Below are positions 37,120-48,032 of a stretch of DNA of 64,000 nt, piece after piece. Numbering within the stretch: the first letter of the stretch is position 1; each line of letters begins with the position of its first letter. The stretch covers positions 32,001 through 96,000 of the forward strand of contig JACQQD010000011.1 of the NCBI GenBank assembly GCA_016207165.1. The letters are read 5' to 3'. The notes below the pieces were generated by a model. That model ran no database searches and was not told where the DNA came from. It saw only the letters and a program-made list of their open reading frames with translations. A program made the translations under genes and the position numbers. This stretch comes from Candidatus Micrarchaeota archaeon (GTDB lineage: Archaea; Micrarchaeota; Micrarchaeia; Norongarragalinales; Norongarragalinaceae).

Positions 37120-37773
37120 TCACACCACCAACGCCTGGCCCAGGGCAGGCATGAGCTTGGCTTCCGCTTTGCGAAGATGGATGCGCAACGTGGTCTCCGG
37201 CACGCTCAACCGACTCGCAAGTTCCTTGAGGTTGGTTTGCCGTGGATACGTATAGTACCCGGAGGAAAGCGCGTGGACAAACGCCCACCGCTGGCGATCG
37301 CTTAACCGCTCAAAGGCATTGGGGTTGAACAAGTCCACGCGCATTTTCTTGAGGAAAACCCACTCGGCCCAAGCCTTGGGTTTCAACGCGTTGATCTTCT
37401 CGTACAGACGCTTCAAATCCGCTTTCCGATGCGACCCCACGGTCCAAAATTCCTCCCCTTTTTCCGCCAAAATCGGTTTGAGGAAAAAGACGCTGCGATC
37501 CATGACCAACGCATGGAAGTTGTTCGTTACCGGAATGGTGAAGTACACCTGGCGGCCGTCCACGTCCTCCACGTGGATGCGCGCGTCGGCCTTGAATGCG
37601 GCGATGAGTTTTTCGGCGTCTGGGCCGGAGACCAACGCCACGCGCGACAAAAAACTTTGTCCGTTGACAAGGAAACTGTTCAAATAGCACGCGGAAAGCC
37701 GGGCGTCCAGCTTCCGCGTTTTCTCCATGACATAGGAGTGAGCGTGCCAGACGTTCAGCTTCGCCACCCACAT
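37120..37773 (-). CDS. Bacterio-opsin-activator-type (HTH_10) transcriptional regulator
   Basis: LSDRQR...A...GYYTYPR.TNLKELA..L......HLRKAEAKL. Confidence 0.85.
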   Translation of the reverse strand: MWVAKLNVWHAHSYVMEKTRKLDARLSACYLNSFLVNGQSFLSRVALVSGPDAEKLIAAFKADARIHVEDVDGRQVYFTIPVTNNFHALVMDRSVFFLKPILAEKGEEFWTVGSHRKADLKRLYEKINALKPKAWAEWVFLKKMRVDLFNPNAFERLSDRQRWAFVHALSSGYYTYPRQTNLKELASRLSVPETTLRIHLRKAEAKLMPALGQALVV

Positions 37774-37842
37774 GAAAACGTCACGCGAACCGAAAATAAA
37801 AACCAAGTTATTTAACCGGGGGCGCCGTGAACGTCAACGCGC

Positions 37843-38811
37843 ATGAAAAACGTTTGGCTGCTTTTCGCCGCATTGGCGTTGTTGGGTTGCGTCACGCAAA
37901 CCCAGTACGTCTGCCCGGACCAACGCGTGGTGGATGACCCCAGCCTGTGCTTCCCGAAATCAAACGGCACGCCCACCCCGACGCCCAACGGACCCGAGAT
38001 ACTGCCAGCCCCCACGTTGCCGGCCAACGGCAAACCCGAAATCCAGCCGCCAAGCTCCGAGGCCCTAGAGAAACTGGAGAAAGACATCCTCGAGGAAATC
38101 AACGTCGTGCGCGCCGTGGAAGCAATGAAGGCGTTACAGTGGAACGAACGCGCGGCCTCGGCGGCCAGAAAATACGCCCAGGAACTCGTGGAACAGGAGC
38201 GATTCGCGCATACCGGCTCCGAGGGGTCCAACATCCACGACCGCCTGCGCGCGGAAGGATTGTTTGAATTCGTTGCCAACGAGAACCTCGCGCAACTCTC
38301 CTTTGACGGAACCGTGCCGGAATCCAGCAAAGTAGTCAACGGCTGGCTCAAGAGCCCGGGCCACCGCTCCAACATCTTGGATGTGGACGGATTGTACAGC
38401 CACGCCGGAGTCGGCGCGTACTGTGCAAAAGAAGTATGCGTTTTCGCGTACACGGCCGTGGGGTTGCGGCGGAGCAACGCGTACACGCTGGGCAAGAACT
38501 TCTACTCCTTCGTATACTTGAACGACCCCGGATACGGGTTCGGCGAAACGGTGGCCATGCGCGTGACGCTTTCCAACGCGACGGGGTCGCTAGACGCGTA
38601 CGTGCTTCCGGACTCCAAGGCGTTTGAACAAGCCAAGCAGTTGCCCGCCGACGCCTTCGAGCGGAGAGCGTTTCCGTACATCCAAGCCTTCGAGGCCCGA
38701 AACGCATTCAGCGCAACGCTGAACGCTTCGGTGGGCATGGGGCTCATGGTCATCAACACAGCGTCCGGCGAGAACCAATTCCAGCTGGACGTCGAATTGG
38801 TGGACGACTAA
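37843..38811 (+). CDS. CAP/SCP-domain lipoprotein
   Basis: Lipobox-like LLGC, INVVR, FAH, ENLA, WLKSPGHRSNIL. Confidence 0.88.
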   Translation: MKNVWLLFAALALLGCVTQTQYVCPDQRVVDDPSLCFPKSNGTPTPTPNGPEILPAPTLPANGKPEIQPPSSEALEKLEKDILEEINVVRAVEAMKALQWNERAASAARKYAQELVEQERFAHTGSEGSNIHDRLRAEGLFEFVANENLAQLSFDGTVPESSKVVNGWLKSPGHRSNILDVDGLYSHAGVGAYCAKEVCVFAYTAVGLRRSNAYTLGKNFYSFVYLNDPGYGFGETVAMRVTLSNATGSLDAYVLPDSKAFEQAKQLPADAFERRAFPYIQAFEARNAFSATLNASVGMGLMVINTASGENQFQLDVELVDD

Positions 38812-38843
38812 GCGCGCCGGCGTCTTTTCCCGCGGCCGGGGCG

Positions 38844-40094
38844 TTACGTGCCTTCCTTCCAGCTTTCCAGGTATTTTTCCTGTTCGGACGTCAATTGATC
38901 GATTTTGACGCCGAGGGCGTCCAGTTTGGTTCGCGCCACGAACTGGTCCAACTCATTGGGCAATTCGTGGACGCCGGGTTTCAGGTTTTTTGCGTTTTGG
39001 ACTAGGTATTCCGCGGCCAGGGCCTGGTCGGAAAACGATAGATCCATGATTTCACTGGAGTGGCCCTCCGCCGCCGCCAAGTTCGCCAACCGGCCTTCAC
39101 CGATGAGGTAAAGGGTTTTTCCGTTCTTGAGGCGGTACGCGTCGTTGTTGTCGCGGATGCGCTGAACCTTCGTGGAAAGGCCTTTGAGTTCCGAAACGTT
39201 AATTTCGCAGTCGAAGTGCCCCGAATTCGCCAAAATCGCTCCCTCCTTCATGGACTGAAAATGGCGTTGGCGGACGACGTCCTTGTCGCCGGTGACGGTG
39301 ACGAACACGTCGCCGATTTTCGCGGCGTCATCCATGGGCATCACCGCAAAACCATCCATGTACGCGGTGAGCGCCTTGACGGGGTCCACTTCCGTGACGA
39401 CCACCTTGGCCCCCAAGCCATGCGCTTTTTGGGCCATGCCCTTTCCGCACCAGCCGTATCCCGCGACCACCAGCGTTTTTCCAGCCATCAAGGCGTTTGT
39501 GGAACGCATGATGGCATCCAAGGTGCCCTGCGAGGTGCCGTAGTAGTTGTCAAAGTAATGCTTGGTCGGCGTGTCGTTCACGGCAATCACCGGAAACTTA
39601 AGCGCTCCGTCTCTGGCCATGGCGCGCAAGCGGATGACGCCGGTCGTGGTTTCCTCTTGGCCGCCGAGGATGCCCTTGATCAGTTCGGTGCGCGACGTGT
39701 GAAGGGTGTTGATGAGGTCGGCACCGTCGTCGATGACGACGTGCGGCTTGACGTCCAAAGCCCGGTTTAAGGCTTGGTAGTAGTCCTTGTTGGATATGCC
39801 GCGCCAGGCGAAAACCGAAATGCCTTCTTCCGAAAGAGCGGCGGCCACGTCGTCCTGGGTGCTCAACGGGTTGGAGCCGCAAAGCGACACCTGCGCGCCG
39901 CCGGCTTGAAGCGCCAAAACCAAAATGCCGGTTTCCTTGGTCACGTGCAGGCAACACGCAATTTTTTTCCCGGCAAAAGGCCTCTGTTTTTGGAAGCGTT
40001 CATGGATTTGGGCCAAAACCGGCATGTGGCGGCGCGCCCAATCCATCTTCTCGCGGCCTTGGAAACCCAGTTTTTCATCCTTGACTTGACTCAT
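38844..40094 (-). CDS. ahcY: Adenosylhomocysteinase
   Basis: CLHVTKET, SNPLSTQD, DDGAD, EETTTG, GYGWCGKG, GHFDCEI, EGRLANL. Confidence 0.97.
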   Translation of the reverse strand: MSQVKDEKLGFQGREKMDWARRHMPVLAQIHERFQKQRPFAGKKIACCLHVTKETGILVLALQAGGAQVSLCGSNPLSTQDDVAAALSEEGISVFAWRGISNKDYYQALNRALDVKPHVVIDDGADLINTLHTSRTELIKGILGGQEETTTGVIRLRAMARDGALKFPVIAVNDTPTKHYFDNYYGTSQGTLDAIMRSTNALMAGKTLVVAGYGWCGKGMAQKAHGLGAKVVVTEVDPVKALTAYMDGFAVMPMDDAAKIGDVFVTVTGDKDVVRQRHFQSMKEGAILANSGHFDCEINVSELKGLSTKVQRIRDNNDAYRLKNGKTLYLIGEGRLANLAAAEGHSSEIMDLSFSDQALAAEYLVQNAKNLKPGVHELPNELDQFVARTKLDALGVKIDQLTSEQEKYLESWKEGT

Positions 40095-40194
40095 GAGCGC
40101 ATGCACCCAGTACAAACCACGGTGGGGGCTTTAAGGGCCCGCCACATTTTTAAGGGCGAGGTTTCACGCAAGAGTCTCAAGAGGAAAAAAGAAC

Positions 40195-40323
40195 ATGGGT
40201 TTAAGCGGGCTTTGGTTGCCCATCGTGTTTTACGCCTTGGTGTTCGGCGCGTTGTACGACGCCGGGGGACTGTTTGTGGCCATGGGCGTCTTGGGCGGCC
40301 TTGTCGCGGTCACCAGCGGCTGA
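40195..40323 (+). CDS. Possible 42-aa hydrophobic microprotein or membrane-gene fragment
   Basis: MGLSGLWLPIVFYALVFGALYDAGGLFVAMGVLGGLVAVTSG; GAGGA upstream. Confidence 0.35.
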   Translation: MGLSGLWLPIVFYALVFGALYDAGGLFVAMGVLGGLVAVTSG

Positions 40324-40420
40324 CAACGTTTAAATACCGGCGGTGCGATTAACGTCTCTCGTACCGACTGGTTTTGAATTTGGCCTCGTGGGGAGGGCAA
40401 AGAATCCAGGGTTTGATTTG

Positions 40421-40744
40421 ATGCAACCAAGCGACGACTCCGGAGAGCTGACAAAAAACCTCAAGGCCCTGTCCGACGAGGAAAAAAACCTGGAACAGCA
40501 GACGCAGCAAACCGAAATGGATCAGCAAAAAATCACGGCCGACGCCAAGAAAAAGGCGCAGGCCATCATCGAAAAAGCCCGCGGACAAGCCGAAAAAGAG
40601 CGGGAAAAACTCTTGGCCGCCCAGCAGGAAGACGTCGACCAAAAAGTCGACGCCATCCTAAGGAAAGCGGAAAAAGACGCAGCGGCCCTCGAAAAAAAGA
40701 AGTTGGACGTGTCCGACAAGCTGTTGCCTCTGTTGTTTCCGTGA
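40421..40744 (+). CDS. atpH: A-type ATP synthase subunit H (peripheral stalk)
   Basis: Coiled-coil sequence; first gene of the ATPase operon. Confidence 0.75.
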   Translation: MQPSDDSGELTKNLKALSDEEKNLEQQTQQTEMDQQKITADAKKKAQAIIEKARGQAEKEREKLLAAQQEDVDQKVDAILRKAEKDAAALEKKKLDVSDKLLPLLFP

Positions 40745-40755
40745 TTTCCCGCATT

Positions 40756-42615
40756 ATGTTTTTCCCTGAACGACTCGTCAAAATCCGCGTGTACTCGCCG
40801 GTCCGCATGCGGGCCGACGTCGTGCAGGCGCTTTACGATTTCGGCGTCATCCACGTCACCCCCACGATACACTTCGCCTCGGACCGACCCTTGGAGCAGT
40901 ACCGGTCCATTTCAGAGAAACTCATCGCCCTCCGGTCGTTGGCCGCCCAAGTACCGTTGCCGCAAGGCAAAGGGCGTCAGCGGGCCATGGCCGACTTGGA
41001 AGCGGATTTTGAGGAATTGGGAATCGAAGAAATTTTTGCCTGGCTCAAAGAGCGCACCGAACTCTCCAACACGTTATCCAACCTCCACTTGGAAGAACAA
41101 AAACTCCGTCCGTTCCGCCATCTTTCCATCAACCCCAAGTGGCTGCACACCCGCCGCCTGAAATTCGCGTACGTTCAGCCCGGCGAAAAATTTCCGTGGG
41201 ACCGCCTCAAAGGCGTGCCGCACGAAACCCAAACGGTTCGCGACGAAAACCTGCAATACGTCCTGGTCGCCTACGACGCCAAACAAGAAGAAAAAGTCCA
41301 ACCCGTCTTGGCGTTGGCCGAAAAGCGCCTCGAGATTCCCGACCCCAACGGCGCGACGTTTCGGCAGGCCTGGGAAAACATCGAAGTGCGCGGCCAGAAC
41401 GCGGAAGTCGCGCTTTCCAGCCTCCAGAAGCGGATCGACTGGTTCTTGAAGCGGAAAGCCAAAGCGTGCGCGGACGTGCTGGCGTGTTTGGAGGTGGAAG
41501 CCAAGAAAGCCGAGCTTCCCACCAAGTTCGGTCAAAGCGTGACGTTGAGCGTGGCGGAAGGATGGATTCCGGAAAAAAAATACGGCGACTTGGAGCGCGC
41601 CCTGGAAAAACAGCTTGGAAACAAAGTGCTCTTGGAATCCGTCAAAACCACGCAAACCCCGCCGACCAAACTGGACAACCCGCGGCCCATCCGGCCGTTC
41701 GAGTTTTTGGTGCAAGCGCTTTCACTGCCCAAGTACAACGAATTGGACCCCACCATTCTGGTATTCTTGAGTTTCCCGTTCTTCTTCGGAATGATTTTAG
41801 GCGACGTGGGTTACGGCTTGGCCATGGTGGCCTTGGCGTTGATTCTCCGCCAGAAATATCCGGAAGGCTTTTTCCGAAGCATTTCCGGCATGATGATTCT
41901 ATCCGGACTTTGGACGATGGTCTTCGGATTCATCTTCGGCGAGTTTTTGGGCGCCGAACGAGTACTGGGATACGAACTCCACCCCCTCATCCACCGCCTC
42001 CAGGCCGAAGGCATCGACGCCCTCATGCAGTTGTCGCTCGTGTTCGGCTTCCTGCATTTGGGCATCGGGTTCGCGCTGGGAACCTACGTGAACCTCCGCG
42101 AACACCACGTCAAGCACGCCATCGCCAAGGCGTCCTGGTTGGTGCTGTTAATGGGCATCCTTGGATTTCTGTCGTTGACGGCGAACATCACGGCTTTAAA
42201 CGTATTCCAATCGTACGGGCAATTTTTTTCCCCGGACATCTGGCTGGGCCTCTCCGGCGTTACGCTGGTCGCGTTGTTGCTAACCGAAGGAGGAAACGCG
42301 TTGCTGGAGATTCCAAGCCTCATTGGCAACCTCGTATCCTACCTGCGTATCATGGCGCTGGGCATCGTCGGCGCCGTCTTGGCGTTGATGGTCAACACCA
42401 TTCCACTGGAGCCCACGCTGGACTTGGGCGGATTGGTTGCATTCGTCCTGTTCACCGTCTTTTTCATCGTGGGCCAGGTCTTCGCCCTGGCCCTGGGCAT
42501 TTTTGAGTCCTCCATCCAGTCCCTGCGTCTGCATTACGTCGAGTTCTTCTCGAAGTTCTACCAAGGCGGCGGCACGGCATTCGTGTCGCTGCGGGAAGGT
42601 TCCGAGCGCAAATAA
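40756..42615 (+). CDS. atpI: A-type ATP synthase subunit I (a)
   Basis: PPTKLDNP, ELDPT, GDVGYG, SYLRIMALG, LRLHYVEFFSKFY. Alternative GTG start at 40741. Confidence 0.95.
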   Translation: MFFPERLVKIRVYSPVRMRADVVQALYDFGVIHVTPTIHFASDRPLEQYRSISEKLIALRSLAAQVPLPQGKGRQRAMADLEADFEELGIEEIFAWLKERTELSNTLSNLHLEEQKLRPFRHLSINPKWLHTRRLKFAYVQPGEKFPWDRLKGVPHETQTVRDENLQYVLVAYDAKQEEKVQPVLALAEKRLEIPDPNGATFRQAWENIEVRGQNAEVALSSLQKRIDWFLKRKAKACADVLACLEVEAKKAELPTKFGQSVTLSVAEGWIPEKKYGDLERALEKQLGNKVLLESVKTTQTPPTKLDNPRPIRPFEFLVQALSLPKYNELDPTILVFLSFPFFFGMILGDVGYGLAMVALALILRQKYPEGFFRSISGMMILSGLWTMVFGFIFGEFLGAERVLGYELHPLIHRLQAEGIDALMQLSLVFGFLHLGIGFALGTYVNLREHHVKHAIAKASWLVLLMGILGFLSLTANITALNVFQSYGQFFSPDIWLGLSGVTLVALLLTEGGNALLEIPSLIGNLVSYLRIMALGIVGAVLALMVNTIPLEPTLDLGGLVAFVLFTVFFIVGQVFALALGIFESSIQSLRLHYVEFFSKFYQGGGTAFVSLREGSERK

Positions 42616-42659
42616 TTTGACGCGTATGAAAGTCATGTTCAAATTGAGGTGAACGAAAT

Positions 42660-42890
42660 ATGGCCATAGATATTGGAACGGGATTGATTGCCGTGGGCGC
42701 AGGTATTGCCGTCCTCGGAGGAGCCTTGGGCACCGCGTACGCACAAGGCAATATTGGTGCGGCCGGCATGGGGCTTTTGGCCGAGCGGGAGAGCGCGTTC
42801 GGAACCGTCATCATCCTGCTGGCCCTGCCGGAAACCATCGTCCTGTTGGGTTTCATCATCGGCTTTCTGCTGTTGGGCAAGATCGCATAA
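42660..42890 (+). CDS. atpK: A-type ATP synthase subunit K (c)
   Basis: Two-helix proteolipid with LPET. Confidence 0.93.
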   Translation: MAIDIGTGLIAVGAGIAVLGGALGTAYAQGNIGAAGMGLLAERESAFGTVIILLALPETIVLLGFIIGFLLLGKIA

Positions 42891-42920
42891 AACCCCGTAA
42901 AAGAAAGAAGGGTTCCGGAT

Positions 42921-43469
42921 ATGAGTCTTGACCAATTGCGGAAGGAAATACGGCATGAGGCTGAAAGCCAGCGAAAGCACGCGTTGGCGGAAGCCAAAAA
43001 GCAAGCCGACGCCATCCTGGCGGAAGCCGAACAGCAAGCCAAGGCCCTGGTGCAAAAAGCCAAAGCCGACGCCGCGTTGGAAGCGGAAGGCAAGCTCACG
43101 CAAGTCTCCGCCGCCCGCTTGAAAGCCAAAAAACGCATTGCGGAAGCCCGCGACCACCTCGTCCAACAGCAATTGCAACAAGCCCGGCAAGCGCTGGCGA
43201 AGTTCGCCGATTCGCCAAAATACGCTGGCGTGCTGAAAAAACTGGCGGACGAAGCCGCCGAAAAAATCGGAAAGAACGCCCAGCTTTTTGCCCGGGAAAA
43301 AGACGTCCCAAAACTCAAGAAAATGGGGTATTCCGCCGAGGAAATGGATTGCCTGGGCGGCTGCGTGGCGGCTACCCCCGACGGGCGCATCCGCGTGAAC
43401 AATACCCTGGAAGCGTTGTTTGAGGAAAACGAGGAGAAACTCCGCCAGAAAATCTTCGAGGAACTCTGA
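42921..43469 (+). CDS. atpE: A-type ATP synthase subunit E
   Basis: Coiled coil plus LGG...DGRIRVNNTLE. Confidence 0.9.
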   Translation: MSLDQLRKEIRHEAESQRKHALAEAKKQADAILAEAEQQAKALVQKAKADAALEAEGKLTQVSAARLKAKKRIAEARDHLVQQQLQQARQALAKFADSPKYAGVLKKLADEAAEKIGKNAQLFAREKDVPKLKKMGYSAEEMDCLGGCVAATPDGRIRVNNTLEALFEENEEKLRQKIFEEL

Positions 43470-44479
43470 TGCCTGACCTCACGTACGCATACGCCAACGC
43501 CCGCATCAAAGCCATGGAAACCAGGCTCTTGACGCCGGAGCAGTACCGCAACCTCTACAACGTCCAAAGCATTCCCGAAATGACGGCCATGCTTCAGGAG
43601 ACGGCGTACCGCGACGCGTTGGTGGAGGCCTCCAAGGAGTTCCAAGGCGTGGAACTGGTCCTGGAAGGGCTCCAAAAAGACTGGTTGGCCACGGTAACCA
43701 AACTGGAGCGCATCCTGCCTGAAAAAGCCAAGAAAGCATTCTCCGTCATGGTCGGCGAATGGGAAGTCCAAGACGTCAAAACCATCATTTCCAAGCGCGC
43801 CCTGGAACAGGAGATTTCCTCGCCGGAGCTGGTCAACGCCACGCCGCAAAGCCGGAAACTCAACGAAAAGCTTTTGGCCGCCAAGACCTGGGAGGACACC
43901 GTCAAGGCATTGCACGGCACGCCGTATTGGGAAAGCGTCAAAGCCGACGAAGCCAGCATCCTCAAAGACAAAGATTACCGCGCCCTCTCCGTGGCCCTTG
44001 ACCGCGCCTACGTTTTGCGCGTCATGGACTTCTCGAAAGTCGCCCAGCGCAAAAGCACGCGCCAACTGCTCACCGAAAAGACGGACTTGGCCAACACCGT
44101 GCTCGTGCTTCGCCTCAAGTCATTTGCCTCCAGCGAACAAATCGAGAAACAACTCGTGGGCCCCGCGTCCCCGCGCGTCAAGCAATTGTTGGACGCCCCA
44201 AGCCTTGACGCCGCCATCGCCCTGCTTGACCTGCCGGACGACGTGCTCCAAGCCTACCAAAAAAAACATACGCTGAGCACCCTGGAAATGGCGTTGGAAA
44301 AAAAATTCGTCGAACGCGTCCTGCGCACCTTCCGCACCAGCGTCTTGAGCTTCGGCGTCGTGCTGGGGTTTTTGTACCTCAAAAGCGCGGAAGTCAACAA
44401 CCTCAAACGCCTGGCCCTCGGCAAGCACTTCGGCGTCGAAGAGGACCTGAAACAGTTTTTGTACGTACTGAGTGGATGA
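43469..44479 (+). CDS. atpC: A-type ATP synthase subunit C
   Basis: YAYANARIKAM...GFLYLKSAEVNNLK. Confidence 0.9.
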   Translation: MPDLTYAYANARIKAMETRLLTPEQYRNLYNVQSIPEMTAMLQETAYRDALVEASKEFQGVELVLEGLQKDWLATVTKLERILPEKAKKAFSVMVGEWEVQDVKTIISKRALEQEISSPELVNATPQSRKLNEKLLAAKTWEDTVKALHGTPYWESVKADEASILKDKDYRALSVALDRAYVLRVMDFSKVAQRKSTRQLLTEKTDLANTVLVLRLKSFASSEQIEKQLVGPASPRVKQLLDAPSLDAAIALLDLPDDVLQAYQKKHTLSTLEMALEKKFVERVLRTFRTSVLSFGVVLGFLYLKSAEVNNLKRLALGKHFGVEEDLKQFLYVLSG

Positions 44480-44480
44480 A

Positions 44481-44795
44481 ATGGATCACATCGCGGTGTT
44501 GGCGGATTCGGAAACGCTTCTAGGCTTTCGGCTCGCCGGCATCCGGCACGCCTTTGTTGCCAACGGCAGGCCCGACGAGGAACTGGATACCGCCATGAAA
44601 ACCCCGGGCATCGGCATCCTCATCGTCAGCCAAGACGTCTTCCAAGACGCCTCGCCCAAACTCCAGAAACACGCCACGGACAGCGCCAAGCCCGTGGTGG
44701 TGGTCATCCCCGGCAAGAAAACCAAGCAGGCCAAAGGCAGTGCGAACCTGGCGGCCATGGTCAAACGCGCCATCGGCGTGGACATCATGAAATGA
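44481..44795 (+). CDS. atpF: A-type ATP synthase subunit F
   Basis: IAVLADSETLLGFRLAGI...VKRAIGVDI. Confidence 0.92.
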   Translation: MDHIAVLADSETLLGFRLAGIRHAFVANGRPDEELDTAMKTPGIGILIVSQDVFQDASPKLQKHATDSAKPVVVVIPGKKTKQAKGSANLAAMVKRAIGVDIMK

Positions 44796-44822
44796 TTCTC
44801 GAATTGAAGGTGAGTGCAGCAT

Positions 44823-46547
44823 ATGGGTAAACTTGCAAAAATCAGCGGGCCCGTCATCGTCGCGGAAGGCATGTCCGGGTCGCAGATGAATGAAGTCGTC
44901 AAAGTCGGCGACCAAGAACTCTTGGGAGAAATCATTTCCCTCAAGTACGACCGCGCCAGCATCCAAGTCTACGAAGACACTTCAGGTTTAAAACCAGGAG
45001 ACGCCGTCGTCGGCACCGGCGCACCGCTTCAAGTCGAACTCGGCCCCGGCCTTCTGAAAGCCGTTTTCGACGGCATCCAGAGACCCTTGGACGTCATCCA
45101 GGAAAAAACAGGCGCCTTCATCCAGCGGGGCGTCAACATTCCGGCGTTGGACATCAAGAAAAAATGGGAGTTTGAAGCCATGGCCAAGAAAGGCGACGCC
45201 GTCGGCCCCGGCGACGTACTGGGAACTGTTCAGGAAACCAACATCACGCACCAAATCCTCGTTCCCCCCATGGTCAAGGCCGGCACGCTTTCGTGGATCA
45301 AGTCCGGCAAATACACCGTCCGCGAAGGCGTCGCCCACATCGGCAAGACCGAAGTCGGACTCTCCCATCTCTGGAGCGTTCGCAAACCCAGGCCCGTCAA
45401 GGAAAAACTCCGCTTTGCCAACCCCCTAGTCACCGGCAAGCGCATCATCGACACGTTTTTCCCCATGGCCAAAGGCGGCGCCGGCGCCATTCCAGGACCC
45501 TTCGGAAGCGGGAAAACGGTAAATCAGCAAGACCTCGCCAAATACAGCGACGCACAAATCATCGTCTACATTGGTTGCGGCGAACGCGGCAACGAAATGA
45601 CGGAAGTGCTCACCGAATTCCCCCAACTGGAAGACCCCAAAACCAAGAAACCCCTCATGGAGCGAACGGTGTTGATTGCCAACACGTCCAACATGCCTGT
45701 AGCGGCCAGAGAAGCCTCCGTCTACACGGGCATCACCCTCGCGGAATACTACCGCGACATGGGCTATTCCGTGGCTTTAATGGCCGACTCGACGTCGCGC
45801 TGGGCGGAAGCCATGCGTGAAATCTCGGGACGCATGGAGGAAATGCCAGGCGAAGAAGGCTATCCTGCGTACTTGGGCCGCAAACTCGCGGAATTCTACG
45901 AACGCGCCGGCAAAGTCCAATGCCTTGGAAGCCCTGACCGCGAAGGCAGCGTCACCGTAGTGGGAGCCGTTTCCCCTGCCGGCGGCGACATCTCCGAACC
46001 CGTCTCCCAAGGCACCCTCCGCATCACGAAAGTATTCTGGGCATTGGACGCCAACTTGTCCCGCCGCCGCCACTACCCCGCCATCAACTGGCTGAAAAGC
46101 TATTCGCTGTACGACGGAGAACTGGAGGACTGGTACGCTCAAAACGTGGCCAAGGAATTCTACCCCTTGCGCGCCAAAGCCATGAACTTACTGCAGAAAG
46201 AAGAGGAACTCCAAAACATCGTGCAACTCATCGGCCCCGACGCCCTCCCGGACAAGGAGCGCTTGGTGCTGGAAGCCACGAAAATGATCCGCGAAGACTT
46301 CTTACAGCAAAATTCCTTTGACCCCGATGATGCGTACACGTCGCCCCAGAAGCAGTACTGGATGATCAAAACCATCCTGCACTACTACGACAAGGCCAAC
46401 GACGCGCTGGCCACAGACGTATCCCTGGAAAAAATCCTTTCCGCCAAAGCCCGCGAAGAAATCTCCAAACTCAAACGCATCCCAGAAAAACAAGTCAAGA
46501 CCACGTGCGAACAAATCCAAAAAGATTTCGAGCACGCATTGCGGTGA
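44823..46547 (+). CDS. atpA: A-type ATP synthase subunit A
   Basis: [29 protein letters not shown]; no intein. Confidence 0.97.
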   Translation: MGKLAKISGPVIVAEGMSGSQMNEVVKVGDQELLGEIISLKYDRASIQVYEDTSGLKPGDAVVGTGAPLQVELGPGLLKAVFDGIQRPLDVIQEKTGAFIQRGVNIPALDIKKKWEFEAMAKKGDAVGPGDVLGTVQETNITHQILVPPMVKAGTLSWIKSGKYTVREGVAHIGKTEVGLSHLWSVRKPRPVKEKLRFANPLVTGKRIIDTFFPMAKGGAGAIPGPFGSGKTVNQQDLAKYSDAQIIVYIGCGERGNEMTEVLTEFPQLEDPKTKKPLMERTVLIANTSNMPVAAREASVYTGITLAEYYRDMGYSVALMADSTSRWAEAMREISGRMEEMPGEEGYPAYLGRKLAEFYERAGKVQCLGSPDREGSVTVVGAVSPAGGDISEPVSQGTLRITKVFWALDANLSRRRHYPAINWLKSYSLYDGELEDWYAQNVAKEFYPLRAKAMNLLQKEEELQNIVQLIGPDALPDKERLVLEATKMIREDFLQQNSFDPDDAYTSPQKQYWMIKTILHYYDKANDALATDVSLEKILSAKAREEISKLKRIPEKQVKTTCEQIQKDFEHALR

Positions 46548-46554
46548 AACCAAA

Positions 46555-46635
46555 ATGATCAAAGAATACCAAACGGATCTTTTCTTTTTTGACAAGAAAG
46601 GAAACATCCATGAAAAGAAAAAACCGCCTAGGTGA
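46555..46635 (+). repeat. Recoded duplicate of the atpB start (MIKEYQT) fused to an AT hairpin; 26-aa ORF
   Basis: ATGATCAAAGAATACCAAACG versus ATGATTAAGGAATACCAGACC at 46641. Confidence 0.85.
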
Positions 46636-46640
46636 ATCAC

Positions 46641-48032
46641 ATGATTAAGGAATACCAGACCGTCAAGGAAATCTTCGGACCCATCGTCTTCGTCGAAGAC
46701 ATCCAGGACGCGGCCTACAACGAGACCGTCGACATCATCATGCCCAGCGGCGAAAAACTCAAGGGCCAAGTGCTGGAATCAAGCCGAGGCCTGGCCGCCG
46801 TGCAAGTCTTCGGCGCCACCACGGGGCTGGACACCAAAACCACGCGCATCCGCTTCTCCGGCGAAACCCTCCAGTTGCCAGTGTCCGACGACATGCTTGG
46901 CCGCGTCTTTGACGGCACCGGACAACCCATCGACAAAGGCGCTCCCGTCGTATCCAAGGAAAAACGCGACATCAACGGGTTCGCCATCAACCCCTACGCC
47001 CGAGCCAGCCCCCACGACTTCATCCAAACCGGCGTGTCCACCATCGACGCCCTGAACACCCTCGTTCGCGGCCAGAAGCTACCCATCTTCTCCACCGCCG
47101 GCCTGCCCCACAACGAACTCGCCGTACAAATCGCTAGACAGGCCACCGTCCGAGGAAAAGACGAAGACTTCGTCGTCGTGTTCGCGGCCATGGGCATCAC
47201 CAACGCCGAAGCGCAGTTCTTCATGAAGGACTTCGAAAAAACCGGAGCCCTGGAAAGAGCCGTGCTGTTCTTGAATTTAGCCAACGACCCCTCCATCGAA
47301 CGCCTCATTACCCCAAGAATGGCGCTGACGACCGCCGAGTACCTCGCCTACGAAAAAGACATGCAAGTGCTCGTCGTCATGACGGACATGACCAACTACT
47401 GCGACGCGCTTCGCGAAATCGCGGCCGCCCGCCAAGAAGTGCCCGGACGCCGAGGATACCCCGGATACATGTACACCGACTTGGCCTCTATTTACGAGCG
47501 CGCCGGCACCATCAAGGGCCGCAAAGGCACCGTCACCCAACTGCCGATTCTGACCATGCCGGAAGAAGACATCACGCACCCCATCCCCGACTTGACGGGT
47601 TACATCACCGAAGGCCAAATCGTATTGAGCCGAGAACTTCACCGCAAAACCATTTACCCCAACGTCGACGTATTGCCGTCGTTGTCGCGGTTGATGAACG
47701 CCGGCATCGGTTCCAACAGAACCCGCGAAGACCACGCCGGCGTTTCTTCCCAGCTTTACGCCTCGTACGCGCAAGGCCGCGACCTCAGGCAATTGGTGGC
47801 CGTGGTCGGCGAAGAAGCCTTGAGCGCCAAAGACAAGAAATTCCTGAAATTCGCCGACCAATTCGAGAAGCGCTTCGTCCAGCAAGGCCGCCACGAAAAC
47901 CGGTCCATCGAGCAATCCCTGGATTTGGGGTGGGAGTTGTTGTCGGAAATCCCCGAAGACGAACTCAAACGCGTCAAAACGGAACACCTCGAAAAATACG
48001 GGCGGAAATTCCGCGCCGGAGGCAAGAAATGA
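46641..48032 (+). CDS. atpB: A-type ATP synthase subunit B
   Basis: [44 protein letters not shown]. Confidence 0.97.
   Translation: MIKEYQTVKEIFGPIVFVEDIQDAAYNETVDIIMPSGEKLKGQVLESSRGLAAVQVFGATTGLDTKTTRIRFSGETLQLPVSDDMLGRVFDGTGQPIDKGAPVVSKEKRDINGFAINPYARASPHDFIQTGVSTIDALNTLVRGQKLPIFSTAGLPHNELAVQIARQATVRGKDEDFVVVFAAMGITNAEAQFFMKDFEKTGALERAVLFLNLANDPSIERLITPRMALTTAEYLAYEKDMQVLVVMTDMTNYCDALREIAAARQEVPGRRGYPGYMYTDLASIYERAGTIKGRKGTVTQLPILTMPEEDITHPIPDLTGYITEGQIVLSRELHRKTIYPNVDVLPSLSRLMNAGIGSNRTREDHAGVSSQLYASYAQGRDLRQLVAVVGEEALSAKDKKFLKFADQFEKRFVQQGRHENRSIEQSLDLGWELLSEIPEDELKRVKTEHLEKYGRKFRAGGKK

Noticed and set aside
40095-40340. SAH/SAM riboswitch upstream of ahcY
   Set aside because: No recognisable riboswitch consensus could be found.
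42660-42890. Na+-specific c subunit
   Set aside because: Q and ET are present but the downstream Tyr is absent, so ion specificity cannot be called.
46555-46640. BHB mRNA intron in atpB or atpD
   Set aside because: The downstream copies are complete genes with their own starts, and I could not build a convincing BHB at the junctions.
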